A stretch of 64,000 nt of DNA from positions 63,054,001-63,118,000 of the forward strand of contig CM060731.1 of the NCBI GenBank assembly GCA_030704615.1, read 5' to 3'. The notes beneath the pieces are model-generated. The model worked only from the letters and a program-made list of their open reading frames with translations. It was not told where the DNA came from and did not search any database. Every line of letters begins with the position of its first letter. Within the stretch, counting starts at the first letter, position 1. Source of the stretch: Takakia lepidozioides. Lineage: Eukaryota; Plantae; Bryophyta. The position numbers and the translations under genes are program-made. Shown piece after piece: positions 38,397 through 52,751 of the stretch.

Positions 38397-40416
38397 GATG
38401 GTAATGACAGCAGAGTCCTACACAATTAACACTGATCTCCCTACGTACTCCATCTTTGAAAGTACCAAGAAATGAAAAGAACGAGTTATTCGTTTGAGAT
38501 GGATTTCAGACAAGAACTCCGTACGTAAAACATACCTCGCTGACCAAAGGAAAAGGAAAACTATGCCTCTTGGTCCGAATTGGGCACGGGGTTTGCTGTT
38601 TCCAATTTAAATTTTAAACTCTATCGCTCTCCACATCCCTCACCTCCAATGATGGTTGGAAAACGCGTACCAGCTTCAGGACGATTATGCGTTAAGACAT
38701 TGGAAACCGATTTCCGCAGGAGGAGTAACAAAGAACCGCAATCCCTTGTCCTTGAGCTCCAGGGATGCACAGACGGGAAAATCTACATGCACAGGAACGG
38801 TATTACCACTTCAGTAGAGAAGATCAGAAACGAAGGTCCAACCAGAAATTAAGAACATGAACGGAATCTCCTCACAGGTGTCCATCGACGGTCTCCAGCC
38901 CCTTCACCAAAATCGCAGGAAACATCTCTGCGGAAGTCCAGGCAACTTGTCTCCTGAGTCTCTGTACGAAGACTCTCTCTCAACACTGGTGGGTCCCAAC
39001 AGGCAATCACGTCTACCATAACTGGGAGCTGCCACTGCGCGTGAAGTTCCAAATTCCAGAGAAACTGGAGTCCCCAAAACCGGTGATTCAAATATAACGT
39101 GGACTAACACACCATGTGCGAGGATACTACAGAGACAGACCTGTAGACGTACACGCCTATCACCACACCTGCGAGATCATGAGGCCATCTCACCTCATTC
39201 GTCTCTCTCTCTGTTTGGGTTCTTGCAAAATAATGTCTTCCCCAGTGGAAGAATCACAGCAGAGCCCAAAAGAGGAAAAGAGATGGTACGAGCTTATGCA
39301 GCACTACTTGGCTATGGCTGCCGGATACCACAGAGGTAATGGAGCCATTTCGCAAGAAAGACAAAAGATTTTCCGTGGCTAAACTGAACTCTTCAATGGC
39401 TAAAGTACAGTACCAAACCAGCTAACTAATCTTCTTACTAATCACCTCAGTTAGCCGCTAATGAACCCTAAGTATCATTAGGGCAGCGCCAAACCACAGA
39501 CAGCTATGGCCCCACGCGTGCGGCCCAGTTGTGGCAGAGACGAGCGAGGACGTGGATGCTCGTTCTTCCTCGATGCTGCGGGTTCTTTGATGAGCGATGC
39601 TGAGCGAGGCAGAAACAATAGAAGCACATGGACCATTCATTGATGATGGAGGAGAGATGGTTGAGCATGAATGATAGAGGCAGTGAAGGACGTACTTACC
39701 TACCTACGAGAATAATGAAGCAAGGATCGATTGCGAAGATCGTCGCTTGTGAGGGGTTGCAGGTCAATAGATATCCAGCTGTGCCTCGGTTCTCGAGCTT
39801 TGGAAAGGTTTTTTCAAGTCTCCGCTCTGTCTCGCCAAGGCCTGCCGCCTACGCTGAGTAGTGGAGATTTCAGTAAACCCTAAAATTTCGTCTCTTTCTT
39901 TATTTGTCCCTGGAGGGACGGCCAGAATGATAAGGTAGTGCGGTGACTTTTCCAACAACCGAGGTGGTCCCGACTCCCAACAAGCGCGTGGGGTTGGGCT
40001 TTTGGATGGATGGAGACATGAGCAGACATTCCGTGCCGACACGATAGGACTGACATCTTCCCTTTGGCACCTAGTGCCGAGAGCTACTAAGAGGTGGGAG
40101 TATTTTGTCAAGTATTGTCAGGTGTGACACCCTGGAATTGAGTTATTATTGAAACTTCTGTTCACGAACTTCGTTTTGGCGTGGGGCACCGGCTTGTTAT
40201 GCTCGTGAGATCTTCATCTTAATTGAAGGAGGACAAACTCTCCTGAATGCCTTGCACAGGAGCGGCAGTCATCAAATTGTTGAGAATGAGAATGTAGTGT
40301 GTTAGGTTGGGCCAGAAGCTTCAGGCGATCCCACGATGTTTATAATATTTGCTTAGAGATACACGCAGGTAGAGTGCGGGTGACACACAAACGCTGCGTG
40401 TTTAGGTTGTCGGAGA

Positions 40417-43400
40417 TGGATCAAAGTCCTAGACTGAAAGGTGATGAGACCACTAGAGTCAAATCCATAATGGCTTGGGAAGCAGTAATGAAACAGAGGG
40501 TGCTGTGCTCCACAACGGCCCTTAGTACAAGAGCACGCGTATCGGGGCCTATGCGATTGAAGGATCTCGATTCTCTCATCTGTTATATCCGAGAACACAT
40601 TGAGATGGATTTGCGCTTGCCAGGTAGGCTTATGATTATCACGTGACTTTGGCTTCAGTCAGGTTGGCTTTGCTAGGCAAGCTTATGCTTGCTGATTCCA
40701 AGGTTTGTGATCGCACCTAACTTTATATGCTTACATCTTTGAAAGAATAGAAGTTTACATATTGTAGGACATCACAAAGAGGAGCAACTTTGCCCAATAA
40801 CATGCTGGTGGGGGTTGGCAACTATTCTTGATGACGAGAATATGGTTACAATAATTTACTTCATATATCAAGTATAACACAAGACGAAGTAAAAGAAGGG
40901 GTTGCAAGGTCTAGGAGAGAGTGGTTTTTAACATCCCAGACTTCTAAGAGACCACCCATGCACAGTAAGGGTTAGGAGCTTGTCACATCATCGACACTTT
41001 CTTACACGAACACCTACCCATTCATAACTTCAAGGTTTGACTCTGAGCCCAAAGCACAGAGCAAATCAGCTCTTGCAAGGTTACAATCAACATAATTGGA
41101 GGACCGGTTGTCAGCATATTCATGGCATTGCTTGCACAGCCCCAAAGCCTGTCTCTTTATCTCTAGTCTGCATGAATATGCTTCAAATTTCTAGGGCTAG
41201 ATATTGGAAGTAAGCATGTTGGTTGCGATGGTAGGTATGGGTATGCTGTCAGTATTGGTAATGACTAACACCTAAACAAAAAGGAAGTCTTCCAAAAACT
41301 ATTTGTAAATCTTTCCAACAACAAATCAGTCAGAGGAAAGGACCTTCAAGCCAATTTTAAGTTGGTGGGCCTCTCAATGCCCATAATTATTGTCTCAAGT
41401 AAATTTAATCAATTGATGTTTTGCCAACTGAGGTTCATCAAATTTCTGCCTTGAGGTTAAGTCTTAGCACTGTGTGGTATCAGGCTTTAGAAACTCTTCT
41501 GAGAAGTTTGAGATGGGAGCCCCAGCCTCTGAGGCAGCTGTCCGCAGGCGAATGGAACATGAAGGTGCCCTTCTGGAGGAATGGTTGGACACTATGCTCA
41601 AGTATGCAGGACTGCCATTTGATTTCTTGGACGGCAAGTTGACGTATGGTTCCTCCTTTCTGTATCATCAGTTTTTTGCGTATGTATCATCCACAGTTAT
41701 CTTTTGATACTGTTTTCCTGAGGCTTATTTGCTACAATGGGTTTGACCATATGACCTTGTATCTGCATATACCAGAGATTTGTGGATTTGTCTTCTGATA
41801 ATTTATACAAGATGAAACTAAAATTTATGCACTCAAAAGAGCCAGTCATGCACCCGTACTTGATCAGATGGATATGGAATATTGACTCTACAGGATCAAG
41901 ATCGCACATAGCTTCCTTGTTGTGACACTTTCTGGCGATGAAAGAGCATCTTTCATTTCCATTGAAAGATCTCAAGATATGTAAGCTTACATGGACATCA
42001 TGAAAGCATAGCCATCTGACATTGACATTAAGAAACTAATCGTGTGTCAACAGTTCAGCACACATAATCTGCTCTTAATGATTCAGAGAGGTGGACACAC
42101 AAGATAAAGGGTTGCAAGAGTATGGGCTCAGCCGCATTCAGCTGCTCAGCCTCGGTCTTTCGCAAGTTGAGATCCAGCATGCTTATCGCATGCTTTACGT
42201 CTATACCATAGGGTGTGTGGATATGCTGAAAGAGCTTTGCGTCCATTGCCTCCAGAAATCCCACCTGGTGGGCTGTTCTGGCAGTGCTACATTATTCTCT
42301 GTGAAGAATAATGAAGTCCATCTTTCTCATGAAGTTCCATTCCTTTCTTTCTTGTTGTGTCGCTGTGTTGTGCTACCTGCGGTTTCGTCACTGCTTTGGT
42401 ATCAATCTGTCAGGCATTCAATATATTTAAGCTCAGAAATCTCATCGAAACTTTTGTGGTCCATAGGCTCTGCTTTGTCACCCTCAGGATGCAGTATGTT
42501 GCACAACAGGCGACATGGAGAAAGAGTATCCTTTGATCTTCTTCTTGTGCCCCGCTAGAGATTCTCCATCCCTGACAGATGCCTTACGGTATGAGGACCC
42601 AAACTGGCTAGTGGCTCACCTTCGTTAGGCATTTTGCCTTCGTGCCACGCTTGAGTAGTTCTTTTGTTGTGTTTTGGTTCTGTAACCCTTGGACATTGCT
42701 TGGGTGTCACACATTTCATTCTTTCTTTTCTGTGTCCCTGTTTCAATCTTGTCTTCCTCTATTCTAAAGAAGAATTAACTTTCATACTACGTGAATGTTT
42801 TGTATTCTCAGGCCCGTCCTCAAATTCATAAAACACATCCCCTCCCCCATTCACTTAGAGCTCTCTCCATGATACGACAGTTCACACAATTTTAATGCTT
42901 CTCTGTTTTCTGTTTTGGTGCAAAGATCATTTTCAAGGCCGAAGTCGCAGAGCTATTAAAGGAAAAACAGCAGGCTCTAAAGGTGACACGTGCATGTCTA
43001 AATGAGGCACTTGATGGGCTTTCACTGGAGTCTCTTAAATTACTGTCAATTGTTGAGAGCTCCAAGCAGGAGGTTGCCATGATCGAGACTAGGAAAAAAG
43101 AGGTTGGTAATCTTGAAACCATCAATCTTTGCACCAGGTTCGATAAACTTTTATTTCCACATCATGCCAGTTCTTTTGAGTTGATATGTTGCAATGCAAG
43201 AATCTTTAAAAGAATTGTTTCGGTTAATTGGAGAGTTAAAACTGAGACATTGCGACAACATGCTGTTGTCTCAGATTGCTGATTTGCTTTCACCACAATG
43301 CAGTTTCTCACTCCAGTTGAGGGAGGTTGAGGCCTGAAGCCTAACAAGCCAAATCCATGAATGTTCTATGAGCAGAAAATGGGAGGTTGGCGAAACTAAT

Positions 43401-44683
43401 GATATTTGTTGTTTTCTAATCTCAACACTGCTATCTGTAATCCACAATGACATGCACTCCCATGGAGCATATGTATGATCTTCAGGAAGACAATGACTCG
43501 TTAATGGGGAACAAGAGGAGGTTTCTTTAGATCTTGTCACTCTGCTCCCTGACTTTTGGGTGCTCTTTCCTCATTAGTCTGCCTGGTGGCCAGAATGGTC
43601 ATTCATGTGCGAAGCCTCAGGCAGACTTGGCGAATTGGATACATCTTTGATTGTGCTCATATGTTGTGTGGATTCCCAGGATATTCCCAGTCATAAATAT
43701 TAGAAGTCTAAAATGAACCACATGGGGATTGGATATAGGTGGCGGATGCAAAGGAACAAGTAAAGGAAGCAGAACAGCAAGTTGCCTCCTCTTGACAGCA
43801 GTATGCTAACTTAACTCGAGAGCACCAACAGACCAAGGCTCAGGTCAGTATGGGTGTGAGCTCTTCGATCCAAGCAGTTACTGGGAAGTACCAAAAAACA
43901 CGTTACAAGGGTTGGTGCGCTGTGCTGCTATATGAGCTCTCATGGGAAGGGCCTACCTTCTGTCATCTTCCCTGAAGGTGTGTTTGGGTGACTACTCACT
44001 GCAGGAATGGTCATCTCAGTGAGTGGTCGTCTCGTGGGTTGACTCCAGGGTAAGCACAAGGCTGGGGATTTTAGTAGTTTACTCGCTGTTTCCATTTTTG
44101 GGGACCAAATGATGTTTGTTACCATAGCCTTGGCTCATCATTATCAAAACTTAGGGCTCCTTCTTACAACTTTGTGGATGTAGAAGTCAATTTATTGTGG
44201 ACCTAAATAGTCACAGGGCTGTGGCATGTTGATCACAATTGGTCTCAAAGGTTGGCCTCCTGTTGTTTGTCAATCTGAGTCTTCTCCATGCTACAGATCA
44301 CTGCCTAAGTGTTTACTGCTGTGCCTTTTGGAATGCATTGGATGTGTGTTAGGTGTGAATTCATTGTTTATTTGACATTGAAGGCTATGAAAGGGGTTAT
44401 TTACATAGTATAGTACAACTTAAGCTCGAAGAGAGGAGAGAGTAGGGTGAAGGATGGGGCCGTGGATATGGCATGCAATGGACCATAGAATATCATCTGC
44501 TCCTGCAGTATGTGAAATTTTAGATATCTCTCTTCTTTCCCTTCATCCACACACTTGATAGAACCTTATACTTGTCATATTTCAGCTACAGGAAGCCACA
44601 AAGATGATAGAAAGGCTCGCCGCTATAAATCGAAAGTCCTACGTCCAGATTGTTCAAATGGGAGGAATTGGAAAAGAGGACGG

Positions 44684-44716
<33 letters not shown>

Positions 44717-47700
44717 GAAGGAGGAGGGCAAGGAGGATGAACCCACAGTCCTCAGAAAGTACTGCTCACATCTTTGTACCGTTGTATAATAGTTGTGGGC
44801 AGGAATGTTCTTATGCTGTATATGGCATATTGAAAGTGATTAACTATAGGACCAATTGTAACACAGATACACATTAATTTTCTGCTGTTCTGAGCAGCTT
44901 TTCCCTGAAAATTCTTTTTACACCGCGAGCTGGCCTTTCCTATTGCATATATGTAAACTATCCAACAGTACCTTGTGACTGAAATGGGTTGCTTTTGAAA
45001 ACACGCTCTACAGTGTCTAGGGTCTTCTCCTTAGTGTGGAACACCTGTATCCCATGTCTCACAGGAAGGGTGTTTCCGGAAGGTGCTGAGACTGAAAACC
45101 AACAACATTCATTTCTATCCAGTGACATTACTCTCTCGGTCACTTAAGTCCTTAGGTTATAAATGGGATCACCCCAGAACATAGTTTGTAATCTATAAAC
45201 TTGGCTCACAACTGAGCAATCCTCACTCAGAAGATGTTAGTGGAACATGCTGAGTGCAGCCTAACAAGTAGAAAGTGGCCAAGGTAACCCACCTTCTGGG
45301 AAAAACAAGCCCCAATAAAAGATGGAGTAAGAGTTCCCAATCACTAGCACCTTGAGTGATGGAGGGCTGAGAGCATGACGCTGACAAGCATTTAATGGCA
45401 AAGTCGGACGAAGCTCACATAGCTAGCTAGAAACCAAGCCAAGAATCCAAGTTGCATTTGCTCCAGAATGCAGCCATAACCAGCACAGCTACTCTTTTGA
45501 TCCATGTAACCTGTCATGGGGTGAGAATTGCATAACCTAACAGGTTTTCACACAACGCAATGGGCATTTGGGTCCTCGGTCTCTCTTAAACTAAGAGGGC
45601 CTTGGCTGTGTTCTTGTCTACCCTCAGGATAGCTTTCCTGATTTTGTCTGTGAATGCTTTGAACTCCTCTCCTGCTTCTGCCCTGCACACAACCCAGAGT
45701 GACAGGTAGAGACTAGAGACCTTCCCATTTCTGTGGTAAACACAGGGCTATCAAACTAAAATCAATAACTCTGCAACGGGGCTGTCAAGTTTGCATGTGG
45801 ACAAGTGCCTCTGTGAGTGCCTTAATGGCAGTTGCAGGAAAATAAGTTTATACCTGTAGCTGAGCTGTAGGGATAACCTAAAACCTGGTTGCGAACCCCA
45901 CAGTAGGCTCCGGGAGGGTAAGTTTCCTGTGGGGTCAATGGCCACAAGGCTATGACAAGCCCAGCCAACGTTCGCAGGGAACAGCTCTTTGCGAGCCCCC
46001 TCATAAAGGTAGTTTCTGGTCCCTTTTGTTCCTCCCAAACTGGGCAGGGGGTCTATGTGGCTACGGCAAACAATGTCTTATGAGTACATTCTCAATCTCT
46101 TTTCAAGACCTTGAGGCTGAGCCTAAAGCCCTGGCCCTGTTGGGGTCTAACTTTTGGGCTGCTCACACACAGCAGATTGTTGCTTGTGTGAAGGGCTTTC
46201 TAGAGGATATCTGGAAAGCCTGAACTAATTGTTTATATCAAGGTAAGTCCCACAACTGGAGTGAGCCCCTCACAAACGTAGTGTCTATTCCCTCTGTTTC
46301 TGTCCAAACTGGGCGTGGGGTCTATGGCCACAAGGCTACGGCAAACAAAGTCTTATGAGTACAGTCTCTCTCAAGAGGAGGGTCGCATAAGGCTTTCAAT
46401 ATGACTGGACCAGAGAGTGTGTAGGAGGGCTCTCCTCTGGAAGCAGCCACTCCCTTCCTGTCTCAGTCCAAGGTGATAGTTGCTGGGAGTTGTAGAGAGG
46501 GCTTGGAGAGTTTGGTCCAAGGGTGGAGACTCTGTTCCTTTGCCAGAATACTGAGAGTCTCAAGACGATTGTGCCTATGAGCCTCCACTCAAGGCCAGTC
46601 TGTGGGTAGTGATTTGATGTCAATCCATGTGTCTCAAGGAAACATCATCTAGTAAGGTCCATCAGGTCATCATTTGGGAGAGAGCAATTTGTATATCTTC
46701 GTCTCCAGGAATTTGGGACTCCTAGGGACTCCCAATGAACGAACACACATGGTCAGACCGATCAGTTGGTGCATGGACTGTGTGGCTCTCTGTCGAGGGA
46801 CACAACAGGTCTCTGCGATATCTTATGTTAAGACACTGTTCAACTGAAGTACAAGGCCTTAAGTTGCAAACACTAGAAGTATTTGCAACATACATGCATG
46901 AGAAGTATGTTTGGCAGGAACGAAGTGAGTCCATCAAAGCTTTAATCTGGAAATCTAATTTGAAGTGGGTCTTTTGATCTCATGAGTCCTTGAGGCTTGC
47001 AGACAGACATACAAAAACAATCTTCTTCTCTCCCTACCTGTGGGTTGGAGGGGGTACTATGGGTGCAAGCAAGCAAAGTCCAATGCATACAACTCTCATT
47101 ACTCTGCTCTCTTCTACACAATTTGGCGCTCTTGTCTATGTTGTTCACCTCTTTTGTTATCGCAATCTTTATATCCAAGTGTCTTCTACTTTTCCCGATA
47201 TGATCATCTGTCTGTTCATCGGCTGTTATTTGTATCCATTTCAACCTTCTTGTCTTCCTCTTACTCTTCATACAGGAGGGCAGCCCAGCTGCAACAGGCA
47301 GTGGCAGAAGAGAGAGCTCATGTACAACGAGCAAACTCATACAATGCAAAACTCATCGAAAATCTGGCCAATGAGAAAAAGGAACGGGCCTCCTTAGACA
47401 AAAAGGTTGCTGAGCTTGAAAAAGAGCGAGCGAAGCTGCATCAAGAGGTTCATTCTCTCAGGGGCTTGCTCTATACATCTATACTACCTAAACCGATTAC
47501 CCTTGGTCCTAGTGTTGTACTGGCTGTAGACTATACCTTGATTCAACCACTTCTAGGTACTTCACTAGTTCATCAAAGGTTGTGAAGAAGCTCAGAGTAA
47601 GTTTCAAGGTGGACTTCAGCTGGCTCATTTTTAGCATCATTCCTATGCGGCCTTTAGCCAGATAACCTGGACTGCCTTCTCTAGGTGGTTTGTTCCTTAG

Positions 47701-48594
47701 ATACTGGAGCACTTGAAAATTCCATCCATCCTTTGTTTGACTGTTGGTCAAGCTGCCTGTGGTCATAACAGAGTTGAGGGATGTTCATACTTGTCTCGGC
47801 CATCCAAGCCAACTGTGACCACCACCACTCACTTTCAAGTCATCTGTTTTAGAAATGAATGTCGGCGTCCACATTCAGGTTACTAGAAGATGTGGCCACT
47901 GCTTCAGAAGAACATCAACAAAGAGGCAAAAAGCCGAGGAGTTGACCCCTTAGCTGCACCCCATTCTATATTGAAGAAGTCACCCTTCTGGCTATTAGCT
48001 AAGATAACAATCTTTTGTCCTATCATCAGTTTCCCTCTGATATGGTGGCACAAAGCCCAAACCAAAGTCTTTGTACTCATCATAGTGGAGAGACTTGGAT
48101 GATCTACCAGCTGATTTGCCAGAATTTCAAGGCCAAGATAAAAGATAAAAACAGTCGCTAAACTGTATTTTTGAAGTTTTTGAAGTTATTTTATGGGGGT
48201 ATTCCTCTTTTTTCCCAAAGAAGAGCTACATTGGGAAGCTTCAAATAGCAAAGCTTTGCATGGTGGCAAATGTGGCTTTTCTTGTAGGCCTTGTTTTGCA
48301 TGGCATAAAAGTCAAACTCAAGCCTGGTAGTAAAATTATTTCTAGGGGGTGCAGGGCTAACAGGGTGAGGAGAGAATTGATAAAACTGAGCGGCTGGAAA
48401 ATCGTCTACACAGACTGGAGAATGAGCTTTCAGTCCTAACACAGGCAAAATCTGTGCAAAGCGGTGCTTTGTTTGATCTCAGACGACAACTGGACCATGT
48501 AGTTGAGAGAATGGGCAAGCTGCAAGAACAACTAAAGGAGAAGACACTTATCTGCGAACAAACGACCAAGGATCTGCAATTGACCCAAGGGGAG
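40417..48594 (+). pseudogene. Unidentified multi-exon coiled-coil protein gene, disabled and 3'-truncated
   Basis: AG/GT-bounded exons at ~41483-41643, 42058-42267 (YGLSRIQLLSLGLSQVEIQHAYRMLYVYTIG), 42926-43103, 43739-43843 (in-frame TGA 43793-43795), 44586-44759 (DE-rich), 47276-47447 and 48364-48594 (heptad-rich). The last exon ends in a donor with no further exon seen. Start uncertain. Confidence 0.6.
45955..46365 (+). mobile_element. Dispersed LINE 3'-end remnant (copy 2)
   Basis: GAGGCTGAGCCTAAAGCCCTGGCCCTGTTGGG...CACACAGCAGATTG...GGCCACAAGGCTACGGCAAAC, shared with the other copies. Confidence 0.6.
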
Positions 48595-48709
48595 GTAGTT
48601 CTTATTTGACCCACATAGACTGAACAAACTTTTTGACCCTGCCATCTTATCAGGAAGGTTGTACTGCTAAATAAGATAGAATGTGTTGAAGAAGGTGCTT
48701 TCGTTAGCA

Positions 48710-50320
48710 GTATCCGGAAACTTGAATGACAACTGCAGATCTATTGCGGGCCAGACCAGAACCTCTTATAAATGTTTATGGATATGGAGGCTACATATCT
48801 TCATCACCCTACTTGTAATGGATCCACCAAGCCATAGCCCACCCAAACTGGAGCAGTTGGCAAGAAGATAGACCCATTGGAGTACCTACACGTCCATAAA
48901 CTTGAACAACAAGTGCAGATCTGTTGGGGGCCAGACCACAACCCCTTAAGAAAACTCCAAAGCTCTAGAGGCCACCATACATTTATCACACTAGTTGTTA
49001 GAAATGTGCCAAGCCATAGCACACCACAAATGGAAGAATTGGCAAGAAGATAGGCATATCAAAGTACTTGAACGTCCGGAAACTTGGACAACAAGTGCAG
49101 ATCTATTGGGGGCCAGACCACAACCCCTTAAGAAAATTCAGAGCTCAGTAGGCCACCATAACTTGATCACACTAGCTGTTAGAAATGTGTCAAGCCATAG
49201 CACACCACAATTGGAGCAATTGGCAAGAACATAGGTCCATTTGAGTACTTGAACATCCGGAAACTTGAACAACAAATGCAAATCTGTTGGGGGCCACACC
49301 ACAACCCCTGAAATCTCTAGAGGCCATAATATATTGATCATACTAGTTGTGAGAAATTCTCCAAGCCATAGCACACCACAATTGGAGCAATTTGCAAGGA
49401 GATAGGCCCATCTGAATATAAGTTGAAAGTCCGGAAACTTAAACAACAAGTGCAGATCTGTTGGGGGCCAGACCACAACCTCTTAAGAAAATTGAGAGCT
49501 CAGGAGGCCACCATAACTTGATTACACTAGTTGTTAGAAATGTTTCAAGCCATAGCACACCACAACTAGAGCAATTGGCAAGGAGATAGGCTCAGCTGAG
49601 TACCTAAAGGTCCGGAAACTTGAACAACAAATGCAGATCTGTTGGGGGCCAGACCACAACCCCTTAAGAAAATTCAGAACTTAGAAGGCCACCATAACTT
49701 GACCACACTTGTTAAAAATATTTCAAGCCATAGCACACCACAACTGGAGCAATTGCCAAGGAGATAGGCCCATCTATGATCTGAGTACCTGAACGTCCGA
49801 AAACTTGAACGACAAGTGCAGATTTGTTGGGGGCCAGACCACAACCCACCTTAATAAGATTCAGAGCTCAGGAGGCCACCATACCTTGATCATATTAGTT
49901 GTTATAAATGTTTCAAGCCATAACACACCATATTTGGGGCAATTGGCAAGAAGAGAGGCTAATTTGAGTACCTAAACGTCTGGAAACTTGAACAACAAGT
50001 ATAGATTTGTTGGGGCGATCACAACCCCTTAAGAAATTTCAAAGCTCTGAAGGCCATCATATTTTGATCACACTACTTGTTAGAAATGTGCCAAGCCATA
50101 GCACACCACAAATGGAGGAATTGGCAAGAAGATAGGCCCATCAAAGTAGCTGAATGTCTGGAAACTTGAACAACAAGTGCAACTATACTGGGGGCCAGAC
50201 CACAACCCCTTGAAAATCTTTATGGCTCTGAAGGCTAGCACATCTTCATCACCCTACTTGCTACAAATCCACCAAGCCATAGCACACCCAAATTGGAAAA
50301 ATTGGCATGAAGATATGGCA
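48710..50320 (+). repeat. Tandem array, ~9 units of ~175-185 bp
   Basis: GAAACTTGAACAACAAGTGCAGATCTGTTGGGGGCCAGACCACAACCCC...CAAGCCATAGCACACCACAA recurs at ~48717, 48898, 49079, 49260, 49435, 49615, 49800, 49984 and 50161. Confidence 0.95.
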
Positions 50321-51774
50321 CAACAGAAATGAATGTGACTCTGTCTGGCTTCACCCCCTGCTGATGTGCATTTGCTCACAGGTCTCCAAAGCCTCTATCC
50401 CCCATATTCATGTTGTACATGTCATGCAATCATAGCATTCCAGAACACCACATCTCGTTTGTCCATCAAACAATTCATTTGCATCCACAGTGCTCCCACA
50501 TTTGGCATACATATCAATGTCAAGAGTATTGTTCAGAATGACATCTGGTACTATTCCAGCCTTGACGATGTCACCATGGACCTCTTTTCCCTTTCATGAA
50601 TATATAAATGGCTGAGCCCTAGAATACTACTTCCTGGCAATGGTGCCCCTAAAGAACCGGCAACAGATGACCCAAACCTCGAGCGACCTACTGCAGCAAA
50701 AACATGAGAAATGAAGAGGGTGGGAACGAAATTGATGGAGAGTTGGAGAGCGTTTGGGCGTGGATTAAGGAGAGCAGACAAGTGAAAGAAAGATGGGATA
50801 GAGAGGAGGGTGGAGAGGATGATATTGAGGGCCGTATGAAAAAGCTAGGAAGCTGTCGAGCTTCAACCCTCCCCGCATCGATTGCGCGCATGTCTCCAAA
50901 ACTGTCGAGCTCAACCCTCCCCTCATCGCTTGAACGCATGTGGTCTCCAAAGCTTCCATCTCGGACCCTAGCTATGCATCTGCAAATCATCCCACGACAC
51001 AAACAAAGAAAAACGACCAAGTCCAAGACTCATCGTTCAGCACACAACCCCGCAACCCTAAATCCATTTTAAATTATTTTGAACTTTTATTGGATAGTAC
51101 ACTTTTTGTTACCCCAGTGGTTTGGGGCTCAAATCCTGCTATGTCCTTTTTATATGTGGTACGGTATGTGAATTTCACTTTATTGTAATGATACAATGTT
51201 AACTTTTTTTATGAAGTGATAAAGGCAGGCCAAGATGAACTAATTAATATGACCAAATTTAAATTATGCATGTTTGGCCATATCCGGGTCATATGAAACC
51301 TGTTTGACGTAGTTTTTGGGGGGATAGTTTCAGGGCTTACAATGCTACCCACCTACACCTCATTTTTGGGCTCTTGCAAAAAGTCTATAGATTTTTCCAA
51401 AGTATATTAGATTATCTATTTTTTTAAATAAAAAATAAAGGGAAACACCTAAGAGCTACAACTCATAAATCAGGCTTATCTACTAGATGTGACATATGAA
51501 AATTTGAATGAAATGTAAACAACTATTGTCAAGCCTTGTAGTGAGTTCAGTTATTTGGAAATTTTGTATTTTTGGAACTGACTTAATTTATTTTCATTCT
51601 AAAATTCATCGTTGAAGTTTGGACATTGGAGAAAATGCAAATTTTGATGGTCTACGGGCACCCTCTACCTTATCAGATCAGCCCATACCTAGGTCATTAG
51701 ATGGTGCCACGGCTCTAAGTGGAGAAGAGCTGGCTATGTTATATTTCAAGCTAATTTTGTATTACCAAACATTG

Positions 51775-52320
51775 TTCCAGTTGAGGAAAGTGCTTCAGAG
51801 AATGAATACTGTGATTCAGATTCAGAGTAACGTTGATTGTTTGGAACCATCTGTTCAATAGCATCATCCTACAATGATTTGGACACTTGTATGCTTTTTA
51901 AAGTCTGCCACAGGTGCACAAACCACTTTAACATTTTCATGTATCACCACAAGAGTAGTACTAGTCACTGAGGTGTCTTTAATCACTCACAATCTACCAC
52001 CGTCCAAAGTGATACCAATCACTGCAGTGTCTTTAACCACTCACTATGTACCACTGTCCAAGGTGTCTTTAACCATATAACATTCTAGAACTAACATGAG
52101 AGACTGAAGACCTAGCTATGTTGTCTACATGCATTCAAGCGGCGTTTGTACAACCAACCGCTATTCCAGTTGAGGAAAGCCATTCAGAGGATGACGAATA
52201 TGTTTCAGATTCAAAATAAAGTTTATTGTTGGAACCATTTGTTCAATAGCATTATCCTACAAATGGTCTGGACACTTGTCTGTTTTTCAAAGTTTGTCAC
52301 AGGTGCACAAACCACTTAAA
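51775..52320 (+). repeat. Diverged ~160-bp direct repeat pair
   Basis: TTCCAGTTGAGGAAAG...CACAGGTGCACAAACCACTT at ~51775-51930 and ~52165-52318. Confidence 0.75.
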
Positions 52321-52337
52321 GTTTAGGGTTTAAACTA

Positions 52338-52552
52338 CATGTCTTTGAAGTCATGACGTATAGGTCCTGGAGGTACATAGAGAAGTCCCTTGAAGTAAAG
52401 TAAACCATCTTTGAATTCGAAATCGTTTGTAACATGTGGGTGGTCTTGAAGTTGGTTCAGTTGACTTCGTAGTGTTTTAGCAAATTGGTTGCTCTTCAGT
52501 GCTTCCTGAATCTCCTTTATGATCTCTGCATCGTCATAGGTGGACATGGATA
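52338..52552 (-). mobile_element. Short pol fragment of the same chromovirus family
   Basis: MSTYDDAEIIKEIQEALKSNQFAKTLRSQLN..FEFKDGLLYFKGLLYVPPGP; near-identical to ~27290-27510. Confidence 0.9.
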
Positions 52553-52751
52553 GCAGAGAGAGAAGACGCCGGTCATGGCCGGCGAAACTAAGAGCCACTT
52601 CGCCTTGCGGCTACTGCCCCCTTTCGGGGGTGGGCCCTATATAACAAAGGGAGTGCCCTGAGGGGCACCCAGTGTCCATTGAATATGGGGGAGATAGTGG
52701 TACCCGTGGGTACCCAGGGGTACTCTGGGAGGCCTAGGGGGTACTTGGGGT

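Noticed and set aside
44670-44740. RG-repeat or RT-repeat ORFs from (GAGGAC)n
   Set aside because: Alternative frames of a hexamer microsatellite; the splice-compatible frame is the DE-rich one of the coiled-coil gene.
48710-50320. CRISPR array or repeat-protein (LRR/PPR) exon
   Set aside because: No unique spacers, eukaryotic context, and unit lengths vary by non-multiples of three with frequent stops.
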